The notes under the pieces were generated by a model. The model was not told the origin of the DNA. It worked only from the letters and a program-made list of their open reading frames with translations, and made no database searches. DNA of 64,000 nt from Spirochaetota bacterium (GTDB lineage Bacteria; Spirochaetota; UBA6919; CBDBPB01). The position numbers were made by a program, and so were the translations under genes. How positions within the stretch are numbered: the first letter of the stretch is position 1; each line of letters starts with the position of its first letter. The stretch is taken from assembly GCA_965208615.1 (NCBI GenBank), contig CBDBPB010000007.1, positions 320,001 through 384,000 of the forward strand, given 5' to 3'. Below are positions 11,084 to 20,943 of the stretch, piece after piece.

Positions 11084-11337
11084 TTTTTATATTTAACTCC
11101 ACTAACACCTTAGAACTAAAATATTAATTTGTCAATACTAGTTGTTATAATATAGAATGTTTTGTGTTATTATACATTATTCAGTGGTATAGTTTGCATG
11201 TAGAGCTGGGAACATTATAAAAATATTAATAATTTGTTATGATCTAATTAAGGTTTTTATTATATTTGGATTTTATTAAATTGGGGCTTTATTATTTTAA
11301 CTGTGCTGTATTTAATATTATAAGGGGAATCTTGTGA

Positions 11338-11733
11338 ATGAAGACATTAGGAAAGCATCTTTTAGCTGAGTTTATGGGTTGTAAGATAGACTTAGATTGT
11401 GTTAATGTTATACAGCAAGAAATGGAGAATGCCGCTATTTATTCTAATGCTAGTATTGTTCAATCTGTATTTCATCATTTTAGTCCATGGGGAGTTAGTG
11501 GAGTGGTGGTTATAGCGGAATCTCATTTAGCTATTCATACCTGGCCTGAGTATGATTATGCGGCGGTTGATGTTTTTACTTGTGGGGATACTGTTAATCC
11601 ATGGGATGCCTTTAATTTTTTAAAAAAGGTATTTGGAGCTGAGAGTACTATTATTAAAGAGGTACAGCGGGGTAATTTTGATTTAATTAAGGGATTTATT
11701 AGGTCTAAGGATCATATTTTTCAGGATACTTAG
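11338..11733 (+). CDS. speD: S-adenosylmethionine decarboxylase proenzyme (short prokaryotic type)
   Basis: [41 protein letters not shown]. Confidence 0.95.
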   Translation: MKTLGKHLLAEFMGCKIDLDCVNVIQQEMENAAIYSNASIVQSVFHHFSPWGVSGVVVIAESHLAIHTWPEYDYAAVDVFTCGDTVNPWDAFNFLKKVFGAESTIIKEVQRGNFDLIKGFIRSKDHIFQDT

Positions 11734-11832
11734 CTTGTGTTTAAAATCACTAATTTCGCAGACTTACAAAGCTTTATTTGTAGATCAGCGATATTGGTGG
11801 TTCATAGATTATTATATTAGGGGTGAACCATC

Positions 11833-12300
11833 GTGATATTTGGACTTCCTAGTAAGTATTTTCTTGTTGCTGGAACATCTGATAACTTTATGCCGTTAAA
11901 CGCTTTTGACGGAGCTTTAATAGATGCTGGTATTGCTAATGTTAATATAGTTAAGATGAGTAGTATAATTCCTCCTGGTTGTCTTAGGGTTGATCCTATT
12001 GAGTTGCCTTATGGATCTATAGTTCCTGTTGCTTATGCTTATATAATGAGTCCTATACCTGGTGAGATTATTTCTGCCGCTATAGCTTGTGCTATTCCTG
12101 TAAATAATAATAAACCGGGCTTAATTATGGAGTATTCATCATCCGGCCATAAAAAAGAGGTTGAGGATATTTCTATTAAAATGGCTAAAGAGGGTATGAG
12201 ATTAAGAAATGAGAAGATTAGGGATATTGAGTGTATATCGGTTAGTCATAAGGTTAATTATAAGGGTGCCGCTTTTGCTGGTGTAGTTTTGTGGTATTGA
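11833..12300 (+). CDS. pdaD: pyruvoyl-dependent arginine decarboxylase (PvlArgDC)
   Basis: LNAFDGALIDAGIANVNIVKMSSIIPP, GLIMEY, GAAFAGVVLW. Confidence 0.9.
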   Translation: MIFGLPSKYFLVAGTSDNFMPLNAFDGALIDAGIANVNIVKMSSIIPPGCLRVDPIELPYGSIVPVAYAYIMSPIPGEIISAAIACAIPVNNNKPGLIMEYSSSGHKKEVEDISIKMAKEGMRLRNEKIRDIECISVSHKVNYKGAAFAGVVLWY

Positions 12301-12307
12301 GGATTAT

Positions 12308-13165
12308 ATGCTTAAGTGGTTTTCAGAGAGTCAGACTAATAATATTACCCTTAGCTTAAGGATAAAGGCTATTTTGTATGAGGGTGAGAGCAACTATCAA
12401 AAGATTGCTATTTATGACACTTATGATTATGGTAGGCTTTTGGCATTGGATGATAAAATCATGCTTACTGAGAGGGATGAGTTTATTTATCATGAGATGA
12501 TTAGTCATGTTTCTTTGTATAGTCATCCATTACCTACTAAGGTATTAGTTATTGGAGGTGGGGATGGAGGTACTGTTAGAGAGGTACTTAAGCATAATAG
12601 TGTAATAGAGGTTCATTTATGCGAGATTGATGAGCTTGTGGTCAGTAAGTCAAGGGAGTTTTTTAGTTTTTATAGTGATATTCCTGAGGATTATAGGCTT
12701 AAAATACTTTATGAAGATGGTTTTAAGTTTTTAGAGGGTTGTTCTAATTTATATGATGTTATACTTATAGATTCTACTGATCCTATTGGTGAGGCTGTTA
12801 AGTTATTTAGCTTAGAGTTTATTTATTTGTGCAAGTCTGCTCTTAAGAAAGATGGTATACTAACTTTTCAGAGTGAGTCTCCATTTTATAATATTGATTT
12901 TATTTCTAAGCTAAGGTATAGTTTAAATAGGGTTTTTAAGATAACTAAGTTATATACTGTTAATATACCTAGTTATCCAAGTGGGTTTTGGAGTTTTATG
13001 ATTAGTTCTGATATATATGATCCTACTATGGGTTTTAGAGAGGCTGAATCGGATAAGTTTAGATATTATAATAGTGATATTCATAAGGGAGCTTTTATTT
13101 TACCTAGTTACGTAAAGAATATGTTAATTAACCATGGTAAAAGGGATATTCTTACAAAGAATTGA
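12308..13165 (+). CDS. speE: polyamine aminopropyltransferase (spermidine synthase)
   Basis: YQKI, DEFIYHEMI, VLVIGGGDGG, CEID, DVILIDSTDP, PSYPSGFWSF. Confidence 0.95.
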   Translation: MLKWFSESQTNNITLSLRIKAILYEGESNYQKIAIYDTYDYGRLLALDDKIMLTERDEFIYHEMISHVSLYSHPLPTKVLVIGGGDGGTVREVLKHNSVIEVHLCEIDELVVSKSREFFSFYSDIPEDYRLKILYEDGFKFLEGCSNLYDVILIDSTDPIGEAVKLFSLEFIYLCKSALKKDGILTFQSESPFYNIDFISKLRYSLNRVFKITKLYTVNIPSYPSGFWSFMISSDIYDPTMGFREAESDKFRYYNSDIHKGAFILPSYVKNMLINHGKRDILTKN

Positions 13166-13378
13166 CTTTTTTTATCTTATTTTTTATTTTCAAATATATA
13201 ACTATATTAAATATTATGATATTTTAACATTGTTGTATATTATTTTATAGGTTGTATAGGCGGTTATTTTGGTATTATGTATTTAAACATAATAACTTTT
13301 GTATGTTGGTTTTAGACTTTGCTATGCATTAAAAATCATAAAATACACTGATTTTAGTTAAGATTAAGGATATAATTT

Positions 13379-13732
13379 ATGCAGTTCTTTATGTGCAAGT
13401 CAAAAATACATAGGGTTACTGTTACTGATAGTAATCTACATTACGAAGGCAGTTTAACTATTGACAAAAACCTTATGGAGCTTGCTAATATTTTTACTTA
13501 TGAGAAGGTACATGTAGTTAATATTAATAATGGGAATAGATTTGAAACATATACTATTGAGGGTAAAAGAGGGAGTGGGGAGATATGTTTAAATGGTGCA
13601 GCAGCAAGGCTTGGTCAGGTAGGTGATAAAGTTATAATCATTACCTATGGTGCTTATAACGAAGAGGAAGCTAAAAATCATAGACCTATTGTTGTTAAGG
13701 TTGACGATAAAAATAAGCCTATTACCAGTTAG
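13379..13732 (+). CDS. panD: aspartate 1-decarboxylase
   Basis: [35 protein letters not shown]. Confidence 0.97.
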   Translation: MQFFMCKSKIHRVTVTDSNLHYEGSLTIDKNLMELANIFTYEKVHVVNINNGNRFETYTIEGKRGSGEICLNGAAARLGQVGDKVIIITYGAYNEEEAKNHRPIVVKVDDKNKPITS

Positions 13733-13871
13733 TTTTATTATTAATAGTATATTTTTCTATGATAGCCTGGTGTTATAAACTTTACTAATAGTCCATCCAC
13801 ATAAAACGCTTACTTTTGCATACTATCATATTGACTAGTCTAAATAAATAAGTTAGGGTTGTTTATTCTGT

Positions 13872-15100
13872 TTAGTTTATCTATTTAAAGCTTAAAAAAC
13901 ACAGATTATGAAGTTATAGAAAGTGTTTTGATGAAGGTAAAAAGGCAGTGAAATAGGTTGTTGACAATGGGGATAGATATAAACATGTAGGTTTAGGTTT
14001 TGAGTCAGACGGAGTAAGTATATTTATTTTTTTATTTAAGGTTAAGGGTTGTTTATTCTGTTGGCAAGAGGTATTAGTCTTTTGTGAGAGAGGTGTTACT
14101 AATTGTTTTAGTAGTGTAGATAAAAAGTATCTAGTTAGTTTATCTATTTAAAGCTTAAAAAACACAGATTATGAAGTTATAGAAAGTGTTTTGATGAAGG
14201 TAAAAAGGTTATGAAATAGGTTGTTGACAATGGGGATAGATATAAACATGTAGGTTTAGGTTTTGAGTCAGACGGAGTAAGTATATTTATTTTTTTATTT
14301 AAGGTTAAGGGTTGTTTATTCTGTTGGCAAGAGGTATTAGTCTTTTGTGAGAGAGGTGTTACTAATTGTTTTAGTAGTGTAGATAAAAAGTATCTAGTTA
14401 GTTTATCTATTTAAAGCTTAAAAAACACAGATTATGAAGTTATAGAAAGTGTTTTGATGAAGGTAAAAAGGTTATGAAATAGGTTGTTGACAATGGGGAT
14501 AGATATAAACATGTAGGTTTAGGTTTTGAGTCAGACGGAGTAAGTATATTTATTTTTTTATTTAAGGTTAAGGGTTGTTTATTCTGTTGGCAAGAGGTAT
14601 TAGTCTTTTGTGAGAGAGGTGTTACTAATTGTTTTAGTAGTGTAGATAAAAAGTATCTAGTTAGTTTATCTATTTAAAGCTTAAAAAACACAGATTATGA
14701 AGTTATAGAAAGTGTTCTGATGAAGGTAAAAAGGCAGTGAAATAGGTTGTTGACAATGGGGATAGATATAAACATGTAGGTTTAGGTTTTGAGTCAGACG
14801 GAGTAAGTATATTTATTTTTTTATTTAAGGTTAAGGGTTGTTTATTCTGTTGGCAAGAGGTATTAGTCTTTTGTGAGAGAGGTGTTACTAATTGTTTTAG
14901 TAGTGTAGATAAAAAGTATCTAGTTAGTTTATCTATTTAAAGCTTAAAAAACACAGATTATGAAGTTATAGAAAGTGTTTTGATGAAAGTAAAAAGGTAG
15001 TGAAATAGGTTGTTGACAATGGGGATAGATATAAACATGTAGGTTTAGGTTTTGAGTCAGACGGAGTAAGTATATTTATTTTTTTATTTAAGGTTAAGGG
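13872..15100. repeat. tandem array of a 263-bp unit, about 4.7 copies
   Basis: AGTTTATCTATTTAAAG recurs at 13874, 14137, 14400, 14663 and 14926; copies differ at only a few positions. Confidence 0.98.
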
Positions 15101-15687
15101 GATATTATTTAATAATTCAGTTATCATTTTATGATAGATTTATGAAAAAGTCTACAAGGTAAAAAGTAAGACATATAACGTAAAGGCAGATAGATTCCAG
15201 ATTTCTTTATGGAACAGGAAAGTTAAGATATTCATGGAAAAGTTATTTTCTTGTGTCATACAGGTTATCCCACTATGCTTTTTAAGTACTGCTTAAATGC
15301 CTTAGCAATGAACACAAAATATCACTTTTTATGCAGGTAGTCATCACTACGAGAGCTATTAAGAATCTCTTTCTGAGACTAAGAATTATAGACCTTTATT
15401 AAGTGATGACGGATTTGCTTTTCCATAAAGGCTTAGAGCAGATTATTGGAATATTCTATATTGACTTTATGTGTAATTTTCTATGGGGATTAAAAATAAT
15501 AGAACAGCTTATACCTATAAAAATTGATTAACTTAGAACGTTTTTACAATAAACTACTAAAACATTTGATAACAATATTTGCTAAAACGTTTGTTCATCT
15601 CAACTTATTTCTGAAGTGACCGCAATTAATGAAAAGCTTTTTACTAGTTTAACTTAGATAAACTAAAGTAAAAGTAGATAAGAGCCA

Positions 15688-16227
15688 TTAATTTTTTAAC
15701 TGTTTAACGAAGTTGTAAGCATAGATTAGACTGGACAATAAAAAAAGTACTATAGATAGATATAGTGTTGGGTTTATGAGTATTTTTATATTTAGTATAT
15801 AACAGCAGACTAGTATTGCCAATACTGTTGTTGTTAGTTTACCCCAGGTGCTTGCAGTTGTTATTATCTTTTTTTTGTTATAGAAGTATGCACCTCCTAT
15901 AAATATTATACTATCTCTGGCGATTAGTGCTAATAGGTACCAAAGGGGAAAACCTTTATATAGATATAGTATGCTTGCTATTACGGCAATGGCTATTTTA
16001 TCTGCTAGTGGGTCTAGTATTTTACCTAGTTTAGTTACTTGTTTAAGGCTACGGCTTAAAAGTCCGTCTAGGAAGTCGGATAATACAATTAAGCCAAATA
16101 TTATAATTGACCAAGTGGCATTGTCATTTATTATGTAGTAGACAAAAACAGGTAATAATAATATTCGACTAAGGCTTATGAGGTTTGGTATTAAGTAGAT
16201 GTCTTTCCAGTTTAGCGGGTTTAACAA
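15688..16227 (-). CDS. CDP-alcohol phosphatidyltransferase (PgsA-like)
   Basis: IPNLISLSR, SDFLDGLLSR...VTKLGKILDPLADK, GKLTT. Confidence 0.92.
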   Translation of the reverse strand: MLNPLNWKDIYLIPNLISLSRILLLPVFVYYIINDNATWSIIIFGLIVLSDFLDGLLSRSLKQVTKLGKILDPLADKIAIAVIASILYLYKGFPLWYLLALIARDSIIFIGGAYFYNKKKIITTASTWGKLTTTVLAILVCCYILNIKILINPTLYLSIVLFLLSSLIYAYNFVKQLKN

Positions 16228-16698
16228 GTTATTCTCCTTGTTATTTTACTAGTTTTTCTAATAGTATAGGTCAAAAGTATTTTAAGATAGCATATATATC
16301 TAACTTTTTTAAAAGGTAGATAAAATATACCTAAAATTATTTTAGAATAGTTTTTTATCTCTAGAATAATTAGTAACCTAATTATAATAGTTAATAACGT
16401 ATACTTTTTATTTATAGAGGCAGTATTATAGTTTAGAGGTTTTGGTAAATTATTAATGTTCGATTAGTTAATTTATATATTGCTAAAAAACTATGTCGAA
16501 TTAGGAAATTATTATATTTCATTTTTAATTATACTATTACATATAATTTTTGATACTTTTTTAGGTATAAAAGCCAGACAGATTAAATTTAGGGTCTTTT
16601 AGTGTCGATTTAATTAACAAGTCTCATAGAGAGTATTATTTATTTATTTATTTATGAGATATTGTAAAAAAAAATTTGGATATAAGGAGATGTACCTT

Positions 16699-17784
16699 AT
16701 GAGAAAAGTATTGATATTTGGAGTTTGTACATTTCTTTTGTTATGGATATCGGCTACTATGTTTTCTCAGGAAGGCGGTGCTGGAGATACTGGTACTGCG
16801 AGTCAGAATCCTAATAATGAAGGAGAGGTGCTCATTGACTTTACCGCATTTGAAGACCGAATTGATAAGTCAGGACTTTATGAAGAGGATATCGCTAGGA
16901 ATAAACCTATTGCAGAACTAGACAATAAAGATCCTAAACAAATTGATCCTAAAACTTTGGCTCCTGCTTATCGTATTCAGGCTTCTGATCTGAAGTATGC
17001 CCGCTGGATGGTACAATTAAACTCTTCTGCTAACACTGTAGAAAATAGACGGTGGAGTTATAGTAAAAAAGTTCAGCTTAAAAATGGAAAAAGTAGCGTA
17101 TTGGGAGTACGTATACATTTTCCTAAGCATAGGTATAATGCTTATGCTAAAATTGCTCCTCCCTATGAGTTAAGAGCCTATAACAATGATGGTTCTATTG
17201 TATCTAGGAACGATAATGGAAAGTTTATAGGGGTTATTGATAACGTTGGGGATATTAAAAAACTAGCTATCGATGTTAGTGGTAGAAATTATAAGTATGG
17301 TCTGTCTATTAGGCTTAGGGATAACTATGATGAAGTAAAAGAATACTTTATGGGTTATTTATACTATGTGAACTGGAGAATATTAACATGGGAGAATCCA
17401 AACTACTTGCCGCATGTTGATTTTAGAGAGCTTTATAGAATACCACTTTATCCTAGAGAGGTGCCTTATAAAAAGTTTGACTCTATTATTGTTTATCGTC
17501 CGGGTGAGGTAGACGGTGGGGATTTTATAGCATATTTTAAGAAAATAAATATGTGGTTTGATTTTGCTATTCCACCTGAGACACTTAAGGATATTGATAT
17601 TGATGATGAAGCTCAATGGGGAATTATTGCTGAGATAGCAAGAAAGAAAAGAAAAATTGAAACCATTAGAGCAAGAGAAAGAATTGAGCTAATGAGACAA
17701 GAAAAAAGAAAGCTAGGTAAAAATGAAGAACCTAAAGATCCTTTGGCCGCTAAACCAGAAGATAAAACAGCAGATAAACAATAA
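16699..17784 (+). CDS. flaA: flagellar filament outer layer (sheath) protein FlaA
   Basis: signal peptide; LIDF, WMVQLNSSA, VLGVRIHFP, NVGDIKK, MGYLYYVNWRILTWENPNY, DIDDEAQWGII; start moved to ATG 16699, 9 nt after AAGGAG. Confidence 0.9.
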   Translation: MRKVLIFGVCTFLLLWISATMFSQEGGAGDTGTASQNPNNEGEVLIDFTAFEDRIDKSGLYEEDIARNKPIAELDNKDPKQIDPKTLAPAYRIQASDLKYARWMVQLNSSANTVENRRWSYSKKVQLKNGKSSVLGVRIHFPKHRYNAYAKIAPPYELRAYNNDGSIVSRNDNGKFIGVIDNVGDIKKLAIDVSGRNYKYGLSIRLRDNYDEVKEYFMGYLYYVNWRILTWENPNYLPHVDFRELYRIPLYPREVPYKKFDSIIVYRPGEVDGGDFIAYFKKINMWFDFAIPPETLKDIDIDDEAQWGIIAEIARKKRKIETIRARERIELMRQEKRKLGKNEEPKDPLAAKPEDKTADKQ

Positions 17785-17800
17785 ATAAAATCTAAAACTT

Positions 17801-17827
17801 AAAAAGGGGTTAATAAACCCCTTTTTT
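17801..17827. terminator. bidirectional rho-independent terminator between flaA and uvrA
   Basis: AAAAAGGGGTT-AAT-AAACCCCTTTTTT hairpin with A and T tails between convergent genes. Confidence 0.85.
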
Positions 17828-17854
17828 ATAAGGCTAACCCTTCTTTCTTTTGAA

Positions 17855-20680
17855 TTACGAATCTAAATATTTACCAGTATATGATGACTTATTAGTAGCT
17901 ATATCTTTAGGACTCCCAGTAGCAACTATATATCCACCTTCATCGCCTCCTTCTGGCCCTAGGTCTATAATGTGATCAGCGATTTTAATTACATCCAAGT
18001 TGTGTTCTATAACCAATACAGTATTACCCTTTTCTACAAACTGATTTAGCACTTTAACTAACTTATTAACATCATCAGCATGCAATCCGGTAGTAGGCTC
18101 GTCTAATAAGTAGAATGTTTTTCCAGTACTACGTTTTGATAGTTCAGTAGCCAGTTTAACACGTTGAGCTTCTCCACCACTTAGAGTTATGGCGCTCTGA
18201 CCAAGTTTAATATATCCTAATCCAACATCGTATAAGGTTTTTAGCTTTTTAGTAATATTAGGTATGTTGTCGAAAAAGTTTATAGCTTGTTCAATGGTAA
18301 GATTAAGAACATCAGATATATTTTTATTTTTGTAATGTATTTCCAAAGTTTCAAGGTTATAGCGTTTTCCTTTGCATATATCACAGGTAACATAAACGTC
18401 GGGTAGAAAGTGCATTTCGATTTTGATAGTTCCATCACCCTGACATGCCTCACATCTACCGCCTTTTATGTTAAAGCTAAATCGTCCTGGTTTATACCCC
18501 TTAACTTTAGAATCAGACAGTCCGGAAAAAAGCTCTCTTATAGGGGTAAACAGACCAGTATAGGTAGCGGGATTACTACGAGGAGTTCTTCCAATAGGGG
18601 ATTGATCAATACTTATCACTTTATCTATATTATTATATCCAGTTATATCTAAATATCCGTCAGACTTTTTCCTTGACCTGCTAAGTTTTTGAATGAGTGC
18701 GGGTGTTAGGATTTCATTAATCAAAGAACTTTTACCTGATCCAGATACCCCAGTTATCACAATGAACTTAGATAAAGGAAAATCTACGTTTATATGTTTT
18801 AAATTATTTTTATGGCAACCTTTTAGTGATATAAACTTATCATTTTCCATTCTTTTTTTAGAGGGAATATTTATAGTAAGCTCCCTATTTAAATATTTCC
18901 CTGTAAGAGAGGCAGTATTTTTTTTTATCTCATCAGGGGAGCCTAATGCAATAACATTACCACCATGAATACCCGCTCCTGGACCAAGATCTACTATGTA
19001 GTCGGCTGAGTGTATTGTTTGTTCATCGTGTTCCACAACAATTAGAGTGTTACCTAGGTGTTTTAGCTGAATGAGAGTATTAATAAGCTGTTGATTATCC
19101 CTTTGATGCAGGCCAATTGTTGGTTCATCAAGTACATATAATACACCAACTAACTGAGAGCCAATTTGAGTTGCAAGACGAATTCTTTGCATTTCGCCTC
19201 CTGATAGCGTACCAGCTTTACGATTTAGTGATATATAGCCTAATCCAACATTGTTTAGAAAGGTTAATCTGTCTATAATCTCCTTTAGTATTTTTTCTGA
19301 TATCGCTTTATGGCTATCTGGAAAAGCAAGAGACTTAAAAAAATTAAGAGCCTTTTTAACAGAAAAAATAGTAATATCAATAATAGACTTATTAGAAATA
19401 GTAACAGCTATAGCTTCACTACGTAGCCTTGTACCATTACAGGCTGTGCAAAAAACGCTTTTCATAAACTTTTGATAATGATCTTTGGCATAATTACTAT
19501 CAGTCTCTCTATGGCGTCTTGCTACCATAGGTATAACTCCTTCAAACTTGGTTCTACCTTTATAAGCGGTTTTTCCATCCTTGCTATTATAAGAGATATA
19601 TAGTTCTTTATTACCTGATCCGTATAATATAATGTCGAGTATTTTTTTATCCAGATTTTTTATAGGTGTATCAAGGTCAAAGTTATATGCCCTAGCTAGA
19701 GCAGTGAATTGAGTCATATACCACTTAGAGCCACTTATAGAGCCAATAGATTTAATAGCACCCTCAGCAATAGATAGGGAGTGGTCTGGTATTATAAGAT
19801 CAGGGTCAAGTTCAATCTTATCCCCTATTCCATGGCATTCAGGACAAGCTCCATGGGGTGAATTAAAAGAGAAAAAGTTTGGTTGTATTTCTGGTATACT
19901 AATATCACACTTTAGGCATGCCATATGTTCGGAAAAGAGTTTTTCTTTTTCGGTTTTATCATTGGTATATACAATACTAACCAGGCCGTCAGATAGGGAT
20001 AGGGCAGTTTCTAATGAGTCTGCAAGTCTTTCACGAATACCGTCTTTTATAATTAACCTATCAACAACCACTTCAAGATTATGCTTTTTATTTTTGTCAA
20101 TGGTAATAGGCTTATCAATGGAGTGGATAACGTTATCCAGCCTAATTCTAATGAAGCCATCCCTTTTGATTTTATCTATATCTTTTTTAAACTCGCCTTT
20201 TCTGCCTTTGACTATCGGACTCAAAACTTGGATTTTTGTACCCTCTTTGAGAGAGGTAATAACATGGATTATTTGGTCTATGGATTGTGGTTTAACAACG
20301 TCACCGCATTTTGGACAATGTGGAGTTCCACAACGGGCAAAGAGGAGTCTTAAATAATCATATATTTCTGTTATTGTTCCCACAGTACTTCTTGGATTAC
20401 GATGGCTAGCCTTTTGTTCTATGGATATTGCAGGGGAAAGACCAGAAATATAGTCTATATCTGGTTTTTCCATTTGTCCTAAGAATTGTCTGGCATAGGC
20501 ACTTAGCGATTCGACATATCGTCTTTGTCCTTCGGCATATATAGTATCAAAGGCTAAAGAGGACTTCCCAGAGCCAGATGGACCAGTTATTACAATAAAG
20601 TTATTCCGCGGTAATTTAAGGTTAATATTTTTTAGATTATGCTCTCTTGCTCCTTTTATGATAATGTGGTTTGAAGACAA
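17855..20680 (-). CDS. uvrA: excinuclease ABC subunit A
   Basis: GAREHNLKN, two ABC ATPase modules (GPSGSGKSS, GVSGSGKSS, LSGGE), CxxC zinc fingers. Confidence 0.98.
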   Translation of the reverse strand: MSSNHIIIKGAREHNLKNINLKLPRNNFIVITGPSGSGKSSLAFDTIYAEGQRRYVESLSAYARQFLGQMEKPDIDYISGLSPAISIEQKASHRNPRSTVGTITEIYDYLRLLFARCGTPHCPKCGDVVKPQSIDQIIHVITSLKEGTKIQVLSPIVKGRKGEFKKDIDKIKRDGFIRIRLDNVIHSIDKPITIDKNKKHNLEVVVDRLIIKDGIRERLADSLETALSLSDGLVSIVYTNDKTEKEKLFSEHMACLKCDISIPEIQPNFFSFNSPHGACPECHGIGDKIELDPDLIIPDHSLSIAEGAIKSIGSISGSKWYMTQFTALARAYNFDLDTPIKNLDKKILDIILYGSGNKELYISYNSKDGKTAYKGRTKFEGVIPMVARRHRETDSNYAKDHYQKFMKSVFCTACNGTRLRSEAIAVTISNKSIIDITIFSVKKALNFFKSLAFPDSHKAISEKILKEIIDRLTFLNNVGLGYISLNRKAGTLSGGEMQRIRLATQIGSQLVGVLYVLDEPTIGLHQRDNQQLINTLIQLKHLGNTLIVVEHDEQTIHSADYIVDLGPGAGIHGGNVIALGSPDEIKKNTASLTGKYLNRELTINIPSKKRMENDKFISLKGCHKNNLKHINVDFPLSKFIVITGVSGSGKSSLINEILTPALIQKLSRSRKKSDGYLDITGYNNIDKVISIDQSPIGRTPRSNPATYTGLFTPIRELFSGLSDSKVKGYKPGRFSFNIKGGRCEACQGDGTIKIEMHFLPDVYVTCDICKGKRYNLETLEIHYKNKNISDVLNLTIEQAINFFDNIPNITKKLKTLYDVGLGYIKLGQSAITLSGGEAQRVKLATELSKRSTGKTFYLLDEPTTGLHADDVNKLVKVLNQFVEKGNTVLVIEHNLDVIKIADHIIDLGPEGGDEGGYIVATGSPKDIATNKSSYTGKYLDS

Positions 20681-20943
20681 TAGTTATACCTCTAATTTAT
20701 GCTAAATTAATAATAATTAAAACCGATATAAAGTCAATAGTTTAGTTGTCATATATCTTTGTATAGTTTGGAGTAAAGCCATTTATTAATGGCATTTAAC
20801 AGTATTATTTATGTTAGTTATTATTGACTAGTTATGATTTATGGATTTATATATTCCATCTTCATAAAAAATTGTTATGCTTCGGTAAAAAAAAGTATTA
20901 AATTAGTTAAGAATTTCCATATTTTAATTGTTATTATAATATA

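Noticed and set aside
11185-11198. sigma54-like TGGTAT...TTGCA upstream of speD
   Set aside because: GG-to-GC spacing is 2 bp too short
13961-13990. sigma70 promoter in each repeat unit (TTGACA)
   Set aside because: No acceptable -10 at 16-18 bp; TATAAA lies only 11 bp away
13872-15100. CRISPR array or replication-origin iterons
   Set aside because: 263-bp units with no unique spacers, no cas genes, no DnaA boxes and no rep gene
16654-16698. longer N-terminus of FlaA from ATG 16654
   Set aside because: RBS position and signal peptide fit ATG 16699
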